A stretch of 64,000 bases of DNA from the human T2T-CHM13v2.0 reference genome, Homo sapiens, in assembly GCA_009914755.4 (NCBI GenBank), contig CP086569.2:8448001-8512000 (forward strand), given 5' to 3'. The notes under the pieces are model-generated. The model was not told the origin of the DNA. It saw only the letters and a list, made by a program, of their open reading frames with translations, and did no database searches. Each line of letters starts with the position of its first letter. The first letter of the stretch is position 1. This document shows, in pieces, positions 51,870 to 64,000 of this stretch. A program made the translations under genes and the position numbers.

Positions 51870-53295
51870 ATAACTCTATGGGTATACTTCAAGGAATACT
51901 ACAAGGATATAGTAACCAAAACAACATGGTACTGGTCGAAAAACAGACACATTAGATCAATAGAACAGAATAGAGAACTCAGAAATAAGACCACACACCT
52001 GCAACCATCTGATATTTGATGAACCTGACAAAAACAAGCAATGGGGAAAGGATTTAATAAATGGTGCTGGGAGAACTGGGCAGCCATATGCAGAATTGAA
52101 AAAGGACTTCTTCCTTATACCTTAGGCAAAAATTAAGATGGATTGAAGGTTTAAATATAAAACTCAAAACTATAACAACCCTACAAGAATATCTAGGTAA
52201 TACTATTCAGGACATAGGCATGGGCAAAGATTTCATGATGAAAAAGCCAAAAGCAATTGCAACAGAAGCAAAAATTGACACATGGGATCTAATTAAACTA
52301 AAAAGCTTCTGCAAAGCAAAAGAAACTATCATCAGAGTAAAACAGAAAGCCTACAGAATGAGAGAAAACTTTTGCACCCTATCCATCTGACAAAGGTCTA
52401 ATATCCAGAGACTACAAGAAAGTTAAACAAATTTAGGAGAAAAAACAAACAACTTCATTAAAAGTGTACAAAGGACATGAACAGACACTTCTTACAAGAA
52501 GAAATTCATGTGACCAACAAACATATTTAAAAAAAAAAACCAGGATCGCTGATCATTAGAGAAATGCAAATCAAAACCACAGTGAGATGTCATCTCATGC
52601 CAGTTAGAATGACAATAATTAAAAGGTCAAGAAACAACAGATGCTGGAGAGGTTGTGCAGATAAAAGAATGCTTTCACACTGTTGGTGGGAATCTAAATT
52701 AGCTCAACCATTGTGGAAGACAGTGTGGTGATTCCTCAAAGATCTCGAAGCAGGAATACAATTTGACACGGCAATCCCATTATTGGGTATATACCCAAAG
52801 AAATATAAATCATTCTATTGTAAAGATGTATGCATGCTTATATTCACTGTAGTACTATTCACAGTAGCAAAGATGTGGAATCAACCCAAATGCCCATCAA
52901 TGATAGACTGGATAAAGAAACTGTGGTACCTATACACCATGGGATACTATGAAGCCATAAAAAGGAACAAGATCATGTCCTCTGCAGGGACATGGATGGA
53001 GCTGGAATCTGTTATCTTCATCAAACTAATGCAGGAACAGAAATCCAAACACCACATGTTCTCACCTATAAGAGGGAGCTGAATAATGAGAACATGTGGG
53101 CACACAGGGGAGACAACACACACTGGGGTCCAGAGGGTGAGGGGAGGGAGAATATCAGGAAGAATAGTTAATGGATGCTGGACTTAATACCTAGGTGATG
53201 GGTTGACCTGTGCAGCAAACCTCCACGGCACATCTTTGCCTATGTAATAAACCTGCACATCCTGCACATGTACCCCAGAACTTAAAAGTTGAAGA
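51870..53295 (+). mobile_element. LINE-1 (L1PA-like) 5'-truncated fragment, ORF2 C-terminal part plus 3'UTR. No poly-A tail is evident
   Basis: Sense translations match L1 ORF2: ..SCDQQTYLKKKT..MQIKTTVRCHLMPVRMTIIKRSRNNRCWRGCADKRMLSHCWWESKLAQPLWKTVW.. and 52783-53082 ..WIKKLWYLYTMGYYEAIKRNKIMSSAGTWMELESVIFIKLMQEQKSKHHMFS. 3' terminus ...aacctgcacatcctgcacatgtaccccagaacttaaaagttgaag. Confidence 0.9.
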
Positions 53296-53345
53296 AAACA
53301 TTTGTTTTTTCTGCTATTAAATTAGGATAATCCCTCTTATCAGAC

Positions 53346-53522
53346 AGTACTGCTATAAAGATGACTGAGATGTCTGCAAATCATCTACTGTAAACACTGA
53401 CACATCATGGGTGCTCAGCAAATATTTGCTGAAATGAATTTTTCCATTTAATCATGTGAGGATATTGCAATTCAATTTAAGTAACTTTCTCAAGGTCATA
53501 CAGATTTTAATAACAGTTGTAT
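53346..53522 (+). repeat. Direct repeat copy 2 (about 177 bp)
   Basis: About 95 percent identical to 50054-50224 outside one small indel block. The last about 110 bp differ by a single base. Confidence 0.8.
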
Positions 53523-54919
53523 TGTTAGAAGTCAAGTCTTCATGATTCAGCTGAATTACTGCTAAATATGAAGACTAAAATGTCACTATCAGTTCACTTT
53601 TATGCTATTGTATTAATCAATGTGATTTAGACATTAAATTTATTTTAGTTAATGTTAGTAATATATCTCAAAGAACAAATGAATTAAAGTATGTTTCAAA
53701 ATTGTTATAACTTAAACATGAAACACATTCAAATCACAAATTTGACTTATATCACTTAGCCTTGTAGTATGAAGATAGTAGAATGAATAAATTGTTAACA
53801 ACAACAATTTATTTATCACTTATTTTGGCCCAGAAACCTAAATGGTTTACAGGGGTCATCTAAATTAATCCTTTCAACATCTTAATAAGGCTATTCTCAT
53901 TATCATTTTGTGATCTAGACAAATAAAGTTCAGTGACAGGTTAAGTGACTTTGTAAAGGTAAATGAAGTAGGAAGTAGGGAAAGAAGGAATTTTAACCCA
54001 AGCACACTGACTCTAGTCTAGAGTTCATAATCTGAATCCCCATAATCCGTAGCTTCTGTGGAGGGTATGTAGGTAAGAATGGCTCCATTGAAGTGCAGAG
54101 AAATCCACAGTTCAAAGCAAGAGGATCAAAACTTGACTGTTAGGACAATATGGAAAAGAGGAATTAGAATGTTTGGAAGAACAAGGGAAATGTAAACGGA
54201 CAGCAGAATAGGCATGCAATTTTGCACAGCAGTCTTGCATGAGAGTGTAAAAGCTGAGGGCTATGTGAAGATTGTACTTCTGCATCTGTCACAAGGCTGA
54301 GGTGTGTAGAGAGGTTGATAGTTCTATGAAAGGACATTCCAGAATGTTCTGGCATGTTCTACAATAAAGACATCAGCTGACAGGTTAGGGAAAGTGTGCA
54401 GCTGTAACCCAGTGGGCCAAGGAAGGGAGCTGAGGTTGTATATCAGTGTGTAGTCATGGTGCAGGGAGAGCTACAATGGTGCAAAAATAAAGGAGTGAAG
54501 CCTTTTCAGCTCATTTGTCTACATTAATTAGATTTCTGAAGCCAGATCAGTAGGACTCTGAAGACATGAGGGAGCAAGGAAGAATTCATTAAGTGAGAAT
54601 TGACAGGAATGAGAAGCCTACTAGAGTATAGTGGTAAACAAACCGAGTGTGTGTTGATCTGAATGTGTGGTCAATACTATATACACACACATTAAGCTAC
54701 ACTTCCAAATCTAGTTTGTCTTCAGGAGTATTTTTAAAATTTTATTATATCAGGATTCAAGTTGAAATTATCTAATATTATGTGTGAATTCTTCCATGAA
54801 ATTTAGTTTTATTTGGTAACACTTGTAGATAGCTCATATATAGCTGGATGACTATAATGTTTTGTTCCAAACATATGGTATCATAATGTGCTTGAGCTTT
54901 CATAATAAAATGTGATAGA

Positions 54920-55560
54920 ATTGGTGGCATAAACAACAGAATTTTATGTCTCATAATTATGGAAGCTGGGAAGTCCAAGGTCAAAGCACCAGCAAATGGC
55001 TGGGTGTGGTGGCTCACACTTGTGATCCCAGCAATTTGGGAGGCTGAGGCAGGTGGTTCGCCTGAGGTCAGGAGATTGAGATCAGCTTGGCCAGCATGGT
55101 GAAACCCCATCTCCACTAAAAATCCAAAAAAATTAGCTGGGTGTGGTGGCACAGGCCTGTAATCCCAGATACTCAGGAGGCTGAGTCAGGAGAATCACTT
55201 GAACCCAGGAGGTGGGGGTTGCAGTGAAGCGAAATTGCACCATTGCACTCCATCCTGCGCAACAAAGCGATACTCCATCCGCAAAAGGAAAAAAAAAAAA
55301 AAGGTAACAGCAAATTAGGCCTCCTTCTGAAGCTTTTTCTCTTGGCTTATAGGCAGTTAACCGTCTCACAGTTTGCTCCCACTGCCTCTCTGGTGTTTCT
55401 TCTTATAAGGCCCATCATGAGGGCCCTACCCTTTTGTCATTTAACCCTGATGACTTCCAAAATGCTCTGTCTCCAAATGCTATCACGTTGGGGGTTAAGG
55501 ATTCAACATACGCACGTTGGAGGGACACAAACATCCAGTCCTTAACATATGGGAACTATG
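54920..55560 (+). mobile_element. MLT1-like MaLR LTR interrupted by an Alu (54998-55302)
   Basis: Left part ggtggcataaacaacagaattttatgtctcataattatggaagctgggaagtccaaggtcaaagcaccagcaaatggc. After the Alu: ...cttctgaagctttttctcttggcttataggcagttaaccgtctcacagtttgctcccactgcctctctggtgtttcttcttataaggcccatcatgagggccctacccttttgtcatttaaccctgatgacttcc...gttgggggttaaggattcaacatacgcacgttggagggacacaaacatccagtcc, the MLT1 body and 3' end. Confidence 0.55.
54998..55302 (+). mobile_element. Alu SINE, sense, full length, nested in the MLT1-like LTR
   Basis: ggctgggtgtggtggctcacacttgtgatcccagcaatttgggaggctgaggcaggtgg...gcactccatcctgcgcaacaaagcgatactccatccgcaaaaggaaaaaaaaaaaaaa. Confidence 0.92.
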
Positions 55561-58083
55561 TATACATATGGTGGAATTTATGCTAAATGCTGTGAAAAAG
55601 TTTCAAATATTTTCAAATAATTGTCAGATAAGATATTACTTGTTATGTTTTATTCAAACTTTCTATCTTCCTATAACTATGACCAAAAATGTATTCTCTA
55701 GATCTTGGTAATTTGTCTATGCTGTGCCATTATTTTTTCCTCTACTCAGAAATTTTGACCCATCAGCCAGACTTGTGTCTATCAAAAATAGGTGCAATGG
55801 TAGCAAGAGATTTAAACTGAGAGACAGTGATATAGAGTACAGTGTTAAATTTGACATTAATTTGCTATGTAACCTCCACTTGCTCTGTCTTAGCCTTCCT
55901 TTACTCATTAGAAAAAAAAATGTATGGTTGAAATGATTTATGGTTATTTTAATGAATCATTTGAATGACCAAATGACTGGGTTTTCTTGAGACTATTTTG
56001 GTTTTAGCCCCAAAAGTCCCACCTACCCGAAAACCTCTACCCTGTGATGTGAAAAAAACCCAGTTTCCCTTTATCATTAGAGAGGGATGGGGAGGAAATG
56101 GGCCACCCCTATAATAGGAGCTGAAAGTAATACTATTTTCAGTATTAAATGGGTAAGTATCAGATTATTTGTCATCTGTGTTTCTCTTGTTCCCCCTCCA
56201 CCCCTCCTTATTGCTAATGTTGCAACCCTGATCTGTGATAAACAGTAATAGGTCATCCACTATTGCCTCACTTTAAGATAATGCAGACAAAAGTGTCTGC
56301 AACTTATGTGTATTGTGTTAACAGTTCAGTTGTTAATTTGCCTGTTGTGCTTTGTATCAAGATATTATTAATTTAACTTTCTAACATTGTGAGTCATGCT
56401 ACCATGTTATGTAAAGTTCAGATAATGACAAAGATGATTGCAATATCAATGCAGAACTGGCTATCACTGAAAAAGAAGGCTGTGTGATTTTAATATTGAC
56501 AGAAGGACTCAGATAGGAAATAAATGAAGTAAACAACCCAAACAGAGAATACTGTGCAATATGCAGAAAATAATTTGAGATTAAGCATAATGCAGAAAGA
56601 GATGTGAAACACATATGTAGAATGAATTTCATAAGTCTTGGGTGAGACAGGTGAGAAATGTTTTTGGCTCCCCAAAAGACACCAATGGTTAGTTGAAAAC
56701 ACTTGCCACTGAATTAACCTGGGCATACCACATAAAAGTACATTCATGATCATAACATTCCTTTGATTGCTCTATAAATCTGAATAAACTTACATTTCAG
56801 ATTTTCTTCAGAGGTTTCAACTAAATGCACTTTATAGGTAAAAAAAGGGATTTGATAATGGATGTGTTTGTTTATTACAGTGTAAAGCTGACTCTGTCCA
56901 TTTTTTTTTTACCAAATATCATGCTTTCTACAGTATATTACTTGATACTTTATATCATAGCAACAAGTCTTCTCTATCTTTTAGGTGTTTTGATTTGAAA
57001 TAGAGAATTTCAAAAATCATCCTATATGAAGATTTTAATAATGATATAGGAAACATAAAACAAAAGATATAAATTAGATTTTACTCATTTATCTGCATAT
57101 TCAGCAGACAGTACAAAGCTAAATTTTGGCAAATTTATTTCAATGTATACACTTCTTACCAAAGAACATTAAAAGATCTTATCTAGCGAATATTCTGTAG
57201 GCCTTAGCCACAGTACTTCTGAAAAAGTGTGCAACTTGTGTCATTAAGGCTTTTGTAATGGAATGTTTTTGTTTCCCAAAACGTGCAGCAGTATTTGATG
57301 CATTGGTTTTTTTACTTTACAGAAACAGAATTCATCTGTAGACCTTTGCTTGCAAGATAACTCCCATCATTGTTGCTGCCTGTAAAAAAAGATTAAAATT
57401 TTGTCCTGCCATAAAATCACATTTTCAAAGTGTGGCATAAAAAAAACTGCTGTTCTCTCATTTGAAAATACATTGATGATGAAAATGGAGGAAAATGACA
57501 ATAAAACATCCTGTATATGTTGTTTCTTTAAAACTCTTTGAGGATTTTTGATGGTGTCATAACTTACCTAGAAAAGGATGAACTGAATGACCCTGAGTTC
57601 TTCAATGTTATGTGTAGTTTCAATAAACACTCACAACCTAAAAGGGACTCACTTTTCAAAAATAACCCTGCTTCCAAACTCTAAATAGTGTTACCACAAT
57701 GGGGTTGTTAAATGGAACCTCCTCAATTTAGTTCAAAAAACTGTACATTATTTGATAATAAAAATATCTCATGTATTCTACAAATAAATAAACCTATTAT
57801 GTCACCACAAAAATAAAAAAAGAAACAACTTCAATTTTTACAAACTGTAATTACTTTTGTGCATTGTAACTGTTTCAAATTATCCTCTTCTCTATAATGT
57901 TTAAAAATTGCAGGCCTTTTAATACATGGATACCATATCTGATAAATTTGTGGCTGCAATAGTTCAGTTTGAGCAACAGCTGGTCTACCAAAATAAGCCT
58001 GTAGTTACAAAGTGGATGGGTATGTTTGGAGACCTAGAAATTAATTCTTGCAAGTCTGAAAACCTGCTCTCACCAGTAAGTAA

Positions 58084-58453
<370 letters not shown>

Positions 58454-59857
58454 CCTTAAACAGTATTTTAGAGGATAGTTAGCATGATGCCATCACACTG
58501 GACCCATATCAGTAATCATTTTAATGTGATCTTGATAAGAGCAGAGTTGCAAGTCAAAATAAATTATATATTTGGCTGTATTCAGTTTTATTTTTGTATG
58601 AAAGAAAAGAAGGATGTCCTAAAGCATGTAGGCAGTTCAGACATTATGTAGAAATGGAAATGGAAACAGTTAATAGTAGAAACATCATGCAGCAGGAAAA
58701 AAAGTCATTATTTTTGTCAAATACAAGTAACCTTTTAAACATGTCATATTCTTTTTAAAAATCATGTCATGTTCTCTTTTTTAAAAGTCTTTTTTAAACT
58801 CAAGTGTCTTCAACTAAGCATTGATGTCTTTTGGGGAGAGGGAGAGTTCTCTTTTTTAAGAGTCAAATGTCTCAATATGTAAGATGTTAAAGGTAAGCAA
58901 GGTGATAGGTATGTTAATTAGCTTGACATAATCCTTTCATATGTACACATACATCAAAATATCACATTGTGCCCTATAAATATATATAATTAGTATTTAT
59001 TAAAATATTCAAAATAAATACAAAAGCTACTTGAGAAAACAAAAAGAACATATGACAATATGGCCTACAATATTTAAATATTCAATCGTTTTTAAAAAGA
59101 GTTAAATTGCTATATCAGAAGACAATGATGTATTATAAATTATATTTTTCTCACAACCATAAATTTATATGAATTACTGCTAATTGTGACTTTTAACTAG
59201 TTTGATTTTAAGTATAAATTATAGAATTTATGCAACCAAAGTAAATACAGATAATATATAATTCCAAAAACCTATTCATTTTTCATAGTTTTACTTAAAA
59301 TAATAACAAATATGGGTATAACTATTTATTATAGTTTATATTATTATAGATCTTTGTCTGGTATTATCGTGTCCCAGTTTTGTTCTCTGATAAGTTAGTC
59401 ACTCACTCCATGTGCCACTCAGCTCTAATGTTCTGTCTCCATGATTGCAGATGGCATCCTTTGCAGTATAAACAAGACAAGTAGCAAAATTCCTGGAGTT
59501 CACAAGAATTAATGAAGCATTTCGGTAAGAAAACAGTCTAACCTACTTTTCACAGATGATTTTGAGACTGGCCAGAATGAGTGCAAAAGAAAACATACGG
59601 TAACATTATATTCCTAAGAATTCTCAATACTTTGACATGATTACTTCATTTCTGATACACATACTCTCACTTTGTCAATGAAAAATCCCAGTGATTTCAG
59701 TTCTTAAAGTAAGGGACTTTAGGGGTATGTATGGAATGAAGTAGGGCAAGATGAACAAGGTGTCACACCATTTGGAAGTGTAGTTATTCCTCACACACAT
59801 GATGTGGAGAAAGATTCCTTTTGGCCAATTGCATAGTTAGGAAGTAAGAGAGGTTTT

Positions 59858-60024
59858 TGTTTTGTTTTGTTTTGTTTTGTTTTGTTTTGTTGTTGTTTTT
59901 GTTTTTTTAACACAGAGCCTCACCCTGTTGTCCAGGCTGGCGTGCATTGGCGTGATCTCAGCTCACTGCAACCTCTGCCTCCCAGGTTCAACCAATTCTC
60001 CTGCCTCAGCCTCTGGAGTAGCTG
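59858..60024 (-). mobile_element. Alu SINE antisense, first segment (tail plus right monomer), split by the LTR12 insertion
   Basis: (tttg)n tail, then acacagagcctcaccctgttgtccaggctggcgtgcattggcgtgatctcagctcactgcaacctctgcctcccaggttcaaccaattctcctgcctcagcctctggagtagctg. Alu homology resumes at 60667 with ggatcagaggcgcctgccaccacgtctggctaatttttgtatt, exactly where it stopped. Confidence 0.88.
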
Positions 60025-60666
60025 ATGTATCCAGAGTTGGTTCCCTCCAGTGGGTTCTTGGTCTCGCTGACTTCAAGAATGAAGCCAAGGAACTTCGTCG
60101 TGAGTGTTACAGCTCTTAAAGATGGTGCGACCAGAGTTTGTTCCTTCAGATGTGTCTGGAGTTTGTTCCTTCCAGGGGATTCGTGGTCTTGCTGACTTCA
60201 AGAATGAAGCAGCAGACCTTTGTGGCAAGTGTTATGGCTCTTAAACGTAGTGTGGACCCAAAGAGTCAGTGCAGCAAGATTTATTGTGAAGAGTGAAAGA
60301 ACAAGGCTTACAGCATGGAAGGGGACCCTAGTGGGTTGCCACTGCTGGCTCTTGTGGCCAGCTTTTATTCACTTATTTGGCCCTACCCATGTCCTGCTGA
60401 TTAGTCCATGTTACAGAGCACAGATTGGTAAGTCTTACAGAGTGCTGATTGGCTGATTTTACATAATGCTGACTAGTGCATTTACAATCCTTTAGCTAGA
60501 CACAGAGTGCTGATTAGTGTATTTACAACTCTTTAGCTAGACACAGATCGCTGATTGGTGCATTTTTACAAAGTGCCAATTGGTGCATTTACAATCCTCT
60601 AGCTAGAGAGAAGAGTTCTCCAAGTGCCCACTTGACACAGGAGGTCCCCTGGCTTCACCTCTCACT
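60025..60666 (-). mobile_element. Solo LTR12-family LTR (ERV9 LTR), antisense, inserted into the Alu
   Basis: Reverse complement of the LTR12 R/U5 at the left end: atgtatccagagttggttccctccagtgggttcttggtctcgctgacttcaagaatgaagccaaggaacttcgtcgtgagtgttacagctc. A second partial copy of that block follows. Then aagatttattgtgaagagtgaaagaacaa. U3 repeats with reversed CCAAT boxes: ctgattggctg, ctgattggtgcat, gccaattggtgcatttacaatcc. Same family as 37343-37871 but on the opposite strand. Confidence 0.75.
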
Positions 60667-60830
60667 GGGATCAGAGGCGCCTGCCACCACGTCTGGCTAA
60701 TTTTTGTATTCTTAGTAGAGACAGGATTTCACCATGTTGTCCAGGCTCATCTCAAACTCCTGACTTGATGATCTGCCCGCCTTGGCCTCCCAAAGTAGGG
60801 GGATTACAGGTGTGAGCCACTGTGCCCAGC
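60667..60830 (-). mobile_element. Alu SINE antisense, second segment (left monomer), continuation of 59858-60024
   Basis: gggatcagaggcgcctgccaccacgtctggctaatttttgtattcttagtagagacaggatttcaccatgttgtccaggctcatctcaaactcctgacttgatgatctgcccgccttggcctcccaaagtagggggattacaggtgtgagccactgtgcccagc. Confidence 0.88.
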
Positions 60831-62099
60831 AGGATGTAAGAGAGCTTTTTATACACCTGCTCTGTGAAAAACATTCTATTAAGAACACTATTTTAGGTGA
60901 CATTTTCCAGAAAGTGAGTATACTCAAAATTATATATACTTCATTCTAAATATTGTGTTGGCATAAAGTATGAAATCAAATTAGTAGTGCCCTGGAGGTT
61001 AATATGGTAGCAGAGGACTGTCAAAAATAATTTGGGTGAAGGGAATTTTGGGAAAAAGAAATACAATACCAACAACTTTGGCCGTGGTGAAAATTTACTC
61101 ACAACTGCAAGCTATTAGATAACAGCTATGCCAAATTATTGGATTTTTATATATTTCTTTTTTCTCTCTCATTAGTAAAAAACAATTAACCTAATTAAGT
61201 CTTCTCTGTGTTATTGACAATAATGACAAGTGAAGATCTAAACATACATCACATGAAAATTAAAAACAACTTAAAGATCCATACCCATATCTCACATATG
61301 CCCTTTGTGAGGTGCTACATGTAAGTCATAACATTGTTTTTTAGTGATTAGTAACAATCATTTTCAATATACTTGAAAAATATTTAAAATCATGAGAGCA
61401 CTACTAAACAAATACAAGAAAAATTGTTTGAAAATAGAATATTAAAATTAGAAAATGAAAGAAAAAGGAGTTTTATGATGTTACTGCTTACCTTTCATTT
61501 GCTTTTTTGTTATAGAAAAAGAAGAGAAAAAAAGTCAGAAAAGACATTGTAACAAAATGAATGCAACTGATGATCATAATCCCATAAAACTCAAGAGACT
61601 TCATCTATTGAGACCTCAAGATCTATTTTTCTGGGTCCTTTTGTCTTGCTCTCACTCACCTCACTCCCTTAAAGGAGATTATGCCATGAATGTTCATCTA
61701 CAATCCATGTTTAACTTAATACAATATTTCGGAAACATCGTTTATTTTTAAGCTTCATTATAAAATGTATCATATACATGAAAGACTGATGTATATACTT
61801 TGCCAATATATATGATGCTCTCTGATTATTCCTTCTTAATGTTATTCCCTTATCTCTCATGTTATTAGTATTCTGCATATTATGGTAATTATTCCCATGC
61901 TGTCCTTCATATTTTACCACCTATGTATGTATCTTTAAACGACATAATGTTTGCTTTTTGCCTGTATTTGACTTTTTATTATTGGAATCATATGTGTTTT
62001 TCTGCCACTTGTGCTCATTACATTTTTGTCTCCATGTTGATAAAAGTAGCCAGTTTTCATAAGGTGTATAGTATTTTGTATTCCATTGTAGGCATAAAA

Positions 62100-62283
62100 T
62101 GTGTTTGTTTTGTTTTGTTTTGTTTGTTTGTTTTGAGACTGAATCTCACTCTGTCACCAAGGCTGGAGTGCAGTGGCATTATTTGGGCTCACTGCAACCC
62201 CCGCCTCCTGGGTTCCAGAGATTCTCCTGTCTCACCTCCCTAGTAGCTGGAACTACAGGCATAGACCACCATGCCCAGCTAAT
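62100..62283 (-). mobile_element. Alu fragment (tail plus right monomer), antisense
   Basis: (tttg)n tail then gagactgaatctcactctgtcaccaaggctggagtgcagtggcattatttgggctcactgcaacccccgcctcctgggttccagagattctcctgtctcacctccctagtagctggaactacaggcatagaccaccatgcccagctaat. Confidence 0.82.
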
Positions 62284-62599
62284 AAATATAGTTGTATTGT
62301 ACATAAATTTTTTGGTTAATTTTAGTGTTTCGATGGCACAAACAATATTTATCTATTTCTATACATGGTTATGGTTGCTAGATAAATACGAGTTGCTCAG
62401 TTAAATTTGTATTTCAGATAAAACAATTTTTTAGAATAAGTATATTCCTAATATTGCATAGAAGATACATACACTATGCTTTATTATTTATATTAAATTT
62501 AAATTTAACTGAAAGTCATGTACTCTTATTTGCTAAATCTGGCAACAACTCTACAAGGTGCAAATTTTTAGGAAGTTAAGTAGGACATATATATTTAAG

Positions 62600-63416
62600 T
62601 ATGTAATTGTTACTTGTGTAATTGTTATGTCTTGGGTAATAAGTGTGTTCAATTTATTTCCACATTGGTTATATTGATTTATATATCTATTGTGGTTCTA
62701 TTGGAGTGCTAATTACTTACTATCTTCACTAATGCATAGTATTGTCTGACTTCATAACTTTGCCAGTTTGATGAGTGTCAAATTTTATATCATTGTGGTT
62801 TGAATTTCAATTTCCCACGTTACGAATTAAGTTGAATATCTTTTCAAATAACTGTGGACCATTTGTGTTTCTGCTCCTGTGAGATGCCCAGTTACATATT
62901 GTGCCTCCTTTTTCTATTGTGTTATCAGCTTCAGGATTTGGAGGATTTCTTTATATGTTCTGGATGCTAACCATTGTTGGCTTATATGTTGCATATACAG
63001 TGTGCCATTTTGTGGATTATCTTTTGATATTAACATTAGTTTTTGTTCATCCCATGTGTGTAGACTGGCTTCCGGGATCTCTAGTTAGTTCTATTTTCTC
63101 ATCATCTATCACTGAGCCCAAAATACATAATGTAATTATTACAGCTCTACAAGAAAATGCTGGAATAACTTGTAGGGCATTTCTCCTAATCTTTTTGACA
63201 ACTGACTTAACAGCTGGCAGATGGTCAATTTATGTTAATGTTTCCTATACATTTAAAATGTACATTATCCAGTTGTTGGGTGCCATCATGTTCTATTTAG
63301 ATGTCCATTTGATTAAGCATGCTATTTATCCTGTTCAAATCTTCCAGATATTTACTGATATTTTTCTGCTTAACCTGTCAACTATTTAGAGAAGTACGTT
63401 AAAATTCTCAAATATG
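62600..63416 (-). mobile_element. Ancient LINE-1 (L1M-like) fragment, antisense. Tentative
   Basis: Resembles the antisense L1 ORF2 region. ttcaggatttggaggatttctttatatgttctggatgctaaccattgttggcttatatgttgcatatacagtgtgccattttgtgg parallels the L1 antisense gtttgagttccttatatattctggatattaaccccttgtcagatgtatggtttgcaaatattttctccc. Highly diverged. The 162-aa ORF at 62901-63389 lies wholly inside it. Confidence 0.45.
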
Positions 63417-63417
63417 C

Positions 63418-63790
<373 letters not shown>

Positions 63791-64000
63791 TTAGTCAAAT
63801 TTCACTTTTAACCTATTCTCAAAACTATTTTTACTGTTTTGAATTGCTTAATCTCATAATGAATTAATACTTCTGTAACTATTTATTGGCCCTCTTTATA
63901 GAAATAAATGTTGCCTAAAATTTATTTTGTCTGATACTAATGTAGTTGTGCCAAATATTTTTCTTCTCATTTATTTTGTATATCTTTTGTATTTTACTTA

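Noticed and set aside
62901-63389. Largest ORF in the track (162 aa, + strand), hydrophobic and membrane-protein-like
   Set aside because: Lies entirely within a diverged antisense LINE-1 ORF2 fragment. AT-rich antisense L1 routinely yields long Leu/Ile/Phe-rich ORFs. No start context, no homolog I recognise.

Overview
This window is primate, almost certainly human or ape, nuclear DNA. It is not a prokaryotic locus, and I find no CRISPR array, defence island, tRNA or rRNA. The evidence is the dense mix of Alu SINEs (including a CpG-rich AluY), LINE-1 fragments with recognisable ORF2 translations, MaLR and ERV LTRs, AT-rich CpG-depleted background, and (CA)n/(GT)n/(GA)n microsatellites. I cannot support any intact host protein-coding gene from sequence alone. 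Every sizeable ORF in the six-frame track falls inside a transposable-element remnant or low-complexity DNA. The window reads as an intergenic or intronic accessory region built from nested retroelement insertions. The four main features are: (1) a near full-length class I (gamma-retrovirus-like) endogenous retrovirus provirus at about 10988-19743, + strand, with paired about 475-bp LTRs roughly 10 percent diverged, a tRNA-Glu-like primer-binding site (tentatively HERV-E-like) and degraded gag-pro-pol-env; (2) an internally deleted ERV9-type provirus at about 37343-40200, with a 5' LTR12, a tRNA-Arg primer-binding site, gag NC, protease, two RNase H fragments and an env TM fragment, and no 3' LTR; (3) a full-length THE1/MST-class MaLR element (LTR-internal-LTR) inserted into an older MaLR LTR; (4) several other nested events: a solo LTR7 inside an antisense L1 with a 5-bp duplication, and a solo LTR12 splitting an Alu. 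The most unusual non-repeat observation is a roughly 175-bp near-identical direct repeat, about 99 percent identical over its last 110 bp, whose two copies lie 3.3 kb apart around an L1PA fragment. The premise that the window hides a novel biological system is not supported. What is here is a retroelement-rich stretch with a few LTR-derived potential regulatory modules (LTR7, two LTR12 with CCAAT boxes). All coordinates are approximate to within about 10 bp unless stated. Family names come from my memory of consensus sequences, not from a database search.
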